A stretch of DNA of 60,391 bases, counting the filler, from Sluysia triapertura (taxonomy: Eukaryota): the NCBI GenBank assembly GCA_046118255.1. It is 5 parts of 5 records of this genome, joined end to end, with 100 filler letters (N's around TTAATTAATTAA, not from the genome) between each part and the next. Parts side by side here need not be neighbours in the genome. Positions count along the whole stretch, not along the records: positions 49,323 to 60,391 come from JBJNIA010189342.1; 4 more parts are not named here. One strand, given 5' to 3'. A program made the translations under genes and the position numbers. Under the pieces are notes generated by a model that searched no databases, was not told where the DNA came from, and saw nothing but the letters and a program-made list of their open reading frames with translations. Shown piece by piece: positions 52,488-60,391 of the stretch (positions are counted from its first letter, which is position 1; each line of letters begins with the position of its first letter).

Positions 52488-53997
52488 TTTTTAAATTTTC
52501 ATACAACTCACGCATATTTCCACTACTGAGTAGTTTTAACATTGGTTTCAAATCTTCCGTTAAATGACTGAAATGAGAATAGTTTCCTATTAAATTTAAT
52601 ATTATGAAATTACAATTTAATATGTTTACTTATTGAATAAATATACAAATCCTATATGCGTACTGGTGGAGAAATTGATTATAAAATAAGTAATTTAATC
52701 AAATAATTTCCCATTTTAAAATAATAGTGAAATTATGGGATAAACAAAGTAATTTAACGTCATTGACACAAAATAACTAATTATTGTTCATATTCTTACA
52801 CATTAACATTTTTCCATCTTCTTTTTTCGGTCTTCTTTCGACAAACAATTATTAGTATAAGCAAAATATTTTAATGTCTTAAATTTATAAAATTAAAACT
52901 TACAAAGAATTATAATTCCACGAAGAATGTTCTTCGATATTTGGACATAATTGGTACAATTTATTTCTTTTAAAATCTCTTTTTGATGAGTCATTTTTAT
53001 TATCACAATTAACACCATTTTTGTCCAACTTTATTGCTGATTTTATTAATATCGGATTCGGAATAGGACCTGATTTTTGCTGATATAATTGACAAACTTT
53101 TTTAAACATTTGACGTTGAAAATAATTGAAATCACGGTCAGGTTTTTGTTGTATACGAGCTAAAGCATGAGGAATCAAATTATGTTCGCGAAAAGTATGT
53201 TTTATACGAGTTCTTTTTAACAAACGATGAGTGTAGATATCAACCAAAGCCGTTTGAAGATGGTTATAAAGAGAGTTTAAATTTTCGATACCAAGTTGTT
53301 CTAATATTAAACCACGAGGCTTAACAGAACTTATCTAAATCAAATAAATTGTGTATACATAACTTACGATATGTTCAGCTTTGTCATCAAATTCAATTAC
53401 AAATTCATTACGAATTGAATTAAAACCAAGAGTTTTTTCTTCATCGGGTTTAATTAGAACTGGTTGATAGTACGTATATAAATTTGAATCTTTCGAACCG
53501 TCTGTATGATCATAAATTGTTTTTTTATAGGACATGTTATTAAAATTTCGTTTTAATAAAGACGATAAATCACTATTCAAATGAAATTCTAAAAAATGTT
53601 GTCGGCATTCTTCAGGTGATCGATTAGATGGCATTAAACTTGCTATATCAACCCAGTTACCAGTTTTATATTGATCAAGGCCATTTAAAAAAGCATATTC
53701 TTCCATCAATGACCATTTTGAATTCTTTTTCAATTCTTCATCTTCAAAATTGTCCTAAATTTCAATTAAATTTCGTTTTTACATTAAGTGATTTACTAAA
53801 ACATAATACGGGTGTGATTTTAAGTGTTTCCCTTCTTGAATACCATATGAAAAACACTAAAAATTTAAAATTACAATAAAAATTACAACAAATTAAACTT
53901 CAACGCATATATTAATATCACATTTTGAACATTTTATATAATGACGTTTTAATCGATGAATACAAAATGAACACTCTTTTAGTTTTAAACGACCCAT
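52488..53997 (-). CDS. TADA2B: Transcriptional adaptor ADA2 (2B-like); exons 53997-53899, 53856-53797, 53754-53368, 53334-52904, about 52567-52488; 3' end unresolved
   Basis: ZZ finger (ECSFC...KCSKC..NICVECFSYG...H...H), SANT domain (WSLMEE...GNWVDIA...RSPEECRQHF) and ADA box (RNEFVIEFDDKAE...VDIY). Frame-preserving introns of 42, 42 and 33 nt. Confidence 0.9.
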
Positions 53998-54478
53998 TTG
54001 AATTGAATATTATACTTCAATTATGTTATCTATACAAAATATAAAATAAATTTAAAATAACATATCGATATTTTGTTTAACCGTAAAATAAAATAAATAT
54101 CTTTTGTCAGAAATTTGATAAAAAATATTGCAAACACATTGAATTCAAATGATAACCGACAAATTAAATGGTGTCTTATTTTATTCAAACACTAATAAAC
54201 AATTTCATAGTTAAATTTTTGTCACATAATATATTATATCAAATGTATAATTTTTAATAAAGAATGTCTATTTGTAATATGTTAAACATTATCAAAACTT
54301 TAGTATCGATAATTTGCTATACATTTTATTTTAATATTAATAAATTTATATTGGACAACACTTTGAATAATAACTTATGTAGAGCATAATATTTCATTAT
54401 TAATTTTTAATATTTAATCTATTTTATATTTACTTATTATAAGTTGATATTTTATTTTTATTATTTAATAATTGTAAA

Positions 54479-57400
54479 ATGGATTGTGAGTTAAAAACTC
54501 GATTCAGAAAAGCACTTTCACATTTGCAAGTAAATATATATGAAACGGATATTAATAAAATTATTTTGAGAATAATAAATGACCTCGATATTGGACCAAT
54601 TGTTATTGATGTTTTAATTGAATATTTAACATTATCTTCTCAGGTCTGGATATTAATTTGTGTTTACATGTTTTTTAGATTAATTTACCAAATGAAATTA
54701 AAAATGAACTTTTGTGTAAAGATACTAAAATTTCTTACAATATAATTCATTTTCTTTATGAATTATACATTTTAAATAATGGAATATATGGAAATGTTAA
54801 TGAGCCTGATTTTATAGCTATTATCGTTAGATTAACAGAAGAAATTATTCAACAATTGAATTTTAAACAAACGCATCAACCATGTTTATATGACTATAAT
54901 CAATTTTTGTTAAAAATATTAGAAAATGACTTGCAATTATTTTACAAAACTAATTTTTATCAAGTAGATTATTTTTGGTTTAACATTTATTTAGTGCATT
55001 TATAAGTATTTGAAATTATTTACCCTAATAGATGATTATTCTATAATTCATTTATATAATTTACAATCTTATATTAAATTAATAAAAATTTTTACACCGA
55101 TTTTACGTTTAAAGTATTCAAGTGATTATTTGTTAATTTTGAAAAATTTATTACAACGACAAAACGATTTTGGTTTGTCAATGTTTAATTATTTATGTCA
55201 AAAAATGGTATCAGTTGAACAAAACGATGATATAAGAATTGAAAAATGTGTTTTGAGAAAATTGATCATGGTAATTTTAGATGGAATATCGTACTTAATT
55301 GAAATAGGTTAGTTTTTTGATGTTATTTTAGAATAATTTAACTTTTAACTTATGTAAGTGGTAACTGATTTGTAAATAGGTAGTCTAATGTTTTTTTTCA
55401 TTTGAGTCATTTTAATTCAATATTTGGCATCCAAATTAACTTTCGCTTGCTTTTTAAGCTTAGATTCGTATATCTTAAAATACATTTTTGTAGTCCAATT
55501 TTTGGCTTATTGGTGGGTTAATAATATTTATATCTCGCATGTTTGTATCCACGCTCGCAGTTTGATTGATACTTTTGGTAGTCGTTGGATAGTCCGACGG
55601 AGAGGACTCGAGTGGCGCCCAAGATCCCCGACCTTAGTCCGCCTGACTTCTTCCTTTGAGGAGTTATAAAGAAAGCTGTGTACTGTATTAAACCACGTTC
55701 ATTGGAAGAATTAAGGCCTTTCATTTAATTACTGCGGAGCTTTGCCTTCATCGATGGAAGTGTATCACAGTAAATGGTGGGGACAATTTGAGTATTTGTA
55801 AATAAAAGTATCTCTTTTATCCATTACGCATAAATAAATAAACTGAACAGATACTTAAGCCAACATTTTTAGTATTGCTCCCTAACTTCTGTATATGATA
55901 TTACAATATTCAAAGGATGTGCCTTTCATTTAATGCAATAAAATGTATTGAAGGAAAGAAACATTTTATTAAATTGTAAGAGGTCAAATGAGACATGAAT
56001 AAAACATAAAGTTCTTCTGAAATTAGTACCGTTAATAAAATAATTTTAATATTCAAAATATGGTAAAGAAAATTGAATATTGTATGCCTTGGTCAAAATT
56101 ACCTAGACAATCTTGTAAGTTTTAATATTACTCTGATTAGAATAATAACACTTTTATTAAATATGTTTATGAGCTCTCTGTTTGATAAATATTTTCAAAC
56201 TTGAAACGTTTTGTAGTAACATTGTTGCACATTATGTTCTATTTTTATGAATTGAATTTAAGGGAAAAATGAAATAAAAAGTTTGAAACTTTAAATAAAT
56301 TCATTGAAGTTATTTTGCTTCCTAACATAATTAATGTTTAAATTGATGTTTTAGTTGGTGTAACTTTGATGTTTTATATGTGCCTTTCCTCAAATGTAGG
56401 CCTACCTAAAAAACACAAAAAAGTGAAATTTTGGAAAATTCGAGTTAAATAAAACATGAGGAAACATATAACAATGTATTTTATTATTGTTATTTTTTTT
56501 GCTTGGTTCTGATACGAGTGTCAAGTTTAGAACAATTTGCTGTTTGACTTCTGTTTCGATGATAAATCATTTCTTTTTAGAAATTTCAAAATCCAACTTT
56601 TGCTACTATTTGTAATTCCAAAGCTTTCGCTTATAAATTGATCTTACTTCACGAACCCATGCATTTCTTCCAATTCACAGATTTGTGCTCTTCTACACTT
56701 CCGATTTTTTTTTGTTGTTGATTTACTACTGGTGTTTAAAAGCATATTTTTATTGTTTCTCCATTCACGAATCATTTTATGATCGACATTCACTTTCCGA
56801 GCCATTTCCGTTGTTTTCTGTTAATTTTTGAAGAATTTCACGTTTTTCTTTTATACTACAACTTCGTCTCTTCATTATGGATCTAAAAATTTGTTGTATT
56901 TGTTGAAAATAAAATATTTTAAACAAAATATTTATTTAATAACTATTTTGTAATTATTCCATGCGATATGCATATAATATCAAATTGGTTTTTACAAAAT
57001 TTATAACAAAATATAAATAAATCATCCTATAATTTATTATTTTTTCAAAACACAGAAACGTTCTCGAATATAAGTCCATTAATTAATTTCACCACAAGTC
57101 TTAATTTCGAGTAGGCTTATATTGGCGGAAATGCGATAAATGTTAATAAAATCATTGATATGTTTCAAAAATCTATCAGATAATGACTAATCACTCTAAG
57201 ATTATAGATCATCTAAAAAGAAAACAATTCTGTTTCAAAATAGATATTGTACATTATATAAATTTATATTAACGCATTCTGAGCGGGCGATTTTGGACAT
57301 TTGCGCAAAAAATAAATCTTTCTGTTTATAATTATAATTAGATTTTTTCAAATGGATCCCGCAACCAACCACTTATTCGTAAAATTCGAGTTTTGTCGGC

Positions 57401-58141
57401 TCCTGTCCACTAGTGATACTATGTGCAGAACGTGTTAACTCGTTTCCCGCAAAGAATGTGTTAATTGATCGTTTAATCCTGTGGTCGAGGAACAGGGGGG
57501 ACACATATGACATTTTTGGGAAGAATGACAAAATTACAAAAATTATATTGGGTTAGTGGAGGTAAAAGTTCCCCAATCGATCATGGTGATTATAAATTTT
57601 AAATTCTATACTTTATAATGAAATTAACGATTTTAATATCAAATTCGATGTTATATTACAATTTATATTATATTATTAAATTTTTCTAGATAAATCAGTA
57701 GACGAATATGTACATACTTTGAATGCTGGTGTTTCTATTCGTGGTTGTCATGAAAACATGGAAATCTATTGGCTGAATTTGTTTTTTGATGACGATTATA
57801 AATTAATTAAATTATTTATTACAATTGATTCTATATCAAGCGAAATTTTGAATTTAAAAGTATTATTAAAACAATGGTTACATCGGATTGGATATGATGT
57901 GGATCTAGTTTGTGATTTGTTGTTAAAACATGAACGATTTCTTAGTGTTTGGAATAGATTATTTGAAGATTATATCGAAGATGAAGAAGATGCCATGAAA
58001 GTATTCGTTTATAACTTTGGGTGTAAGAAGTCATTTTGGGAACAACTAGACAGTAATATTTATGATAACGATGAAGCAGAAGAATTGAAAAAATTGAAGA
58101 AAATATGGACTGTTTTTATGTCAAATAATTCTCAAGTTTAA
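54479..58141 (+). CDS. Four-exon gene, probable Lines (LINS1) homologue; exons 54479-54643, 54679-54963, 55007-55307, 57690-58141
   Basis: Introns of 35, 43 and 2382 nt are all GT-AG and phase-compatible. WLNLFFDDDYKLI and IGYDVDLVCDLLL resemble Lines C-terminal motifs (LFIEQDDDML, IGFDSTVLLDFLIS). Confidence 0.65.
55560..55894 (+). mobile_element. Tc1/maT-type transposase C-terminal remnant inside an intron
   Basis: FGSRWI.RRG.EW.PRSP, frameshift, DLSPPDFFL*GVIKKAVY..KPRSLEELR; ends in CTGTA/TA. Confidence 0.88.
56535..57138 (-). mobile_element. pogo/Tigger-like remnant (Brinker-type and CENP-B HTH) with degenerate TIR, intronic
   Basis: MKRRSCSIKEK...ARKVNVDHKMIREWR and SKSWILKFLKRNDLS. 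TIR-like CGCATTTCCGCCAATATAAGCC near 57138. Confidence 0.75.
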
Positions 58142-58913
58142 TGAAAAATGATTTTTCTTTTTGTGATTTATTGACTTCATCGAATTACGCATGAACCAAT
58201 GAAATTCTACACATTAAAAATATCTTGTCCACGTGATTTCACAATGTAATAACCTTAGACAATGATGTTACGTATGTTTTTGGTAACGAATATAACTTTA
58301 GAATTGTCTATAACTACCTTAGTCTACAATTGACTTCAATTACAATACTTTATGTTAGATGTATGCGATTTTGACTAATTAGATTTTATACGTTTATTTA
58401 TGCTGTGATTTTTTCTTATAACAAAATGAATCATATGTGACTTAAAACGTGTGGTAGGCGTGACTGTAACTAATATAGACAAGAGACTATAAATCCTAAA
58501 TCCTTAGCTCGAATATCTTGAATCTTATAACTTCTGATGCGAAATATTTTGTTTATTTTTTATACAGAGGGTCTAAAATAATGTCGATAGTTCAGTTGAA
58601 TGACAAATACTTACGTAAACTTATGCTTCATAGAATTCTCAATTGTTTCAAAATTATTCACACACAAAATTTAATTAATAACAATCAAACAAGGACGAAT
58701 AATTCAAAACAAATAAATCTAAAAAAAGAGTGATTGAAGAGTTTAGATAAAAGATAACTAGTTGATTGTTAAAGGTTTTGTCTTTAATGTTAATTGATTT
58801 TATTGTCAGGTTGCTACCACTTAAATTAATTATGTAACCTTCTGTAATAATAATTAAAACAAAATAATAAATTATTTTCAATTATGGTGTAACACTAATT
58901 AACAAGAACGTAT

Positions 58914-58964
58914 TGATAGACTTCATAAAATGGACTGACCAGCAATCGAGTCCGGGCCTTCTCG
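58914..58964 (-). mobile_element. Partial (3' end) copy of the tRNA-carrying LTR-like family
   Basis: TGATAGACTTCATAAAATGGACTGACC...ATCGA..CCGGG matches the start of copy 2. Confidence 0.75.
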
Positions 58965-60185
58965 ATTTTTAAAATAAAATAAAACTGTGTTTCATAATTA
59001 TATTCTTTTGTTAATGCATTCACTGAAGAAATTACTTTAGGTGATGTTGGAAAATATTTTACTAAAATGTTGAGTATTAGGAAACAAAAACCGAATTATT
59101 GTGATAATTATTATAATTCCTTCTAGAATACTTTGGCATTCCAAAGATCTATGAACGATCGTATGAAATTTTAAGATAAACTAATAAACCTTCAAAGCAT
59201 TGTGATACTGTTGAATATGTGAACTTTGAGATAATCTGAGATTTTATGAACCTTTAAGTATTCTTGAAACCTTGAGAGGTATTTGGGATCTTCGATTATT
59301 TAAAATCTTTAAAATATTTGAGAAGTAAAATCATTGTTAAAAATAATAATATGAGAGGTGAGAGTGAAAACATCCTGAGCCTCCTGAATGTCTTATTAAT
59401 TACTAAATAACTTTAGAACCTCAATAAAACCTTTAAACATAAAATACGATTAAGTCTAAAAATATATTAATTAACTAAAATCTTAAATGACTTAATTAAG
59501 AAAGTACGTTTTTCTGAATAACTTTTGATCCTAGCAATATAGAAAAAATTAAAAAAAATCCAAATAACTTTTATAAAGATTCCTAGGGTTGGCGGAATAT
59601 TACAAAAAATTTACTGAAAATTTTGCAAAAATTGTAGCATGTCGATAAAAAAAACGGATTCAAACTGTTTGGCGAGAGAAATAAGAAGAAGCATTCGATA
59701 TTCTTAAACAAATATTAATATCTTGTCGTATCTTAAGATTTACAGATACGAATTTACCGTTTATTATTATAATAGATGCTACTTGTTATCCGATAGAAGC
59801 CGCATTAGAACAAAAAGAGAAGGACGACGCAACAGAACCGTTGGTGAATGGTTTCGCGGTCAAACAATTCCATCATTATATTTGGTAATGGAAAATATAT
59901 CTATTAATAGATTAACGTCCACATAAAGACACATCAAATCGATTAATCAAATGATGTTGAAATAAAATATAGACATAAAACGACAAATGCAAATGATAAT
60001 TTTTATCCAGACTAGACGAAAGACAGGTATTTTTAGAAATTTTTTTAATCAATTCTTAGCGTAAACATATTAGTAATGGAACAATAGAAATATTAAAAAA
60101 TTAAGATAAAGAAGAAATATGAATTATTTAAAAATGATAATAAGCGGTAAAATACTAATAATATTTCCAGATGTTTTTAATAATA

Positions 60186-60391
60186 CCGTATTTTTCGACC
60201 TATAAGGCGCACCCCTTCAAAAATCACTTTTTCTCTGCAAAATCTACGTATAAGGCGCAACCCAACTAACAATAAAATTAGAACTTCTCAATTTTCATTT
60301 ATTAAAGTTGTTGCGATATAGTTGTTCTTACTCTGACTGATAAATTTCGTCTTTTCATGAACCTAAAACACCAGGAAGGATCTCCACTAAA
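60186..60391 (+). mobile_element. Left end of a Tc2/pogo-family DNA transposon
   Basis: TA followed by CCGTATTTTTCGACCTATAAGGCGCAC, with TATAAGGCGCA repeated at 60249. Confidence 0.75.

Overview
Very AT-rich eukaryotic (probably metazoan) scaffold segment with N-gaps, four of which carry an artificial TTAATTAATTAA contig-joining linker. It is gene-poor and dominated by decayed transposons and gene fragments. Spliced host genes with tiny (33-54 nt) GT-AG introns are DNA polymerase eta (5' four exons only), ADA2B, and, head-to-head with ADA2B, a probable Lines/LINS1 homologue. There is also a RING-H2 gene and a few orphan ORFs. Transposon remnants: hAT (DUF4371), mariner, Tc1/maT, pogo, piggyBac (one intact MITE), a 1.4-kb long-TIR element and LTR-like fragments. 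The best candidate for an unusual system is a family of about 160-bp TG...CA elements with 4-bp target-site duplications (solo-LTR-like). Each carries a tRNA-Ala-derived Pol III unit enclosed in its own TGTTAGAC/GTCTAACA inverted repeat, and a possible sister copy carries a tRNA-Leu 3' end instead. The second candidate is a mosaic of host-gene fragments (RPLP1 + NF-YC + TPR, with DYRK and NPC1 pieces nearby) next to pogo-like termini, suggesting transposon gene capture. All homology calls come from manual translation and recalled motifs; no searches were run.
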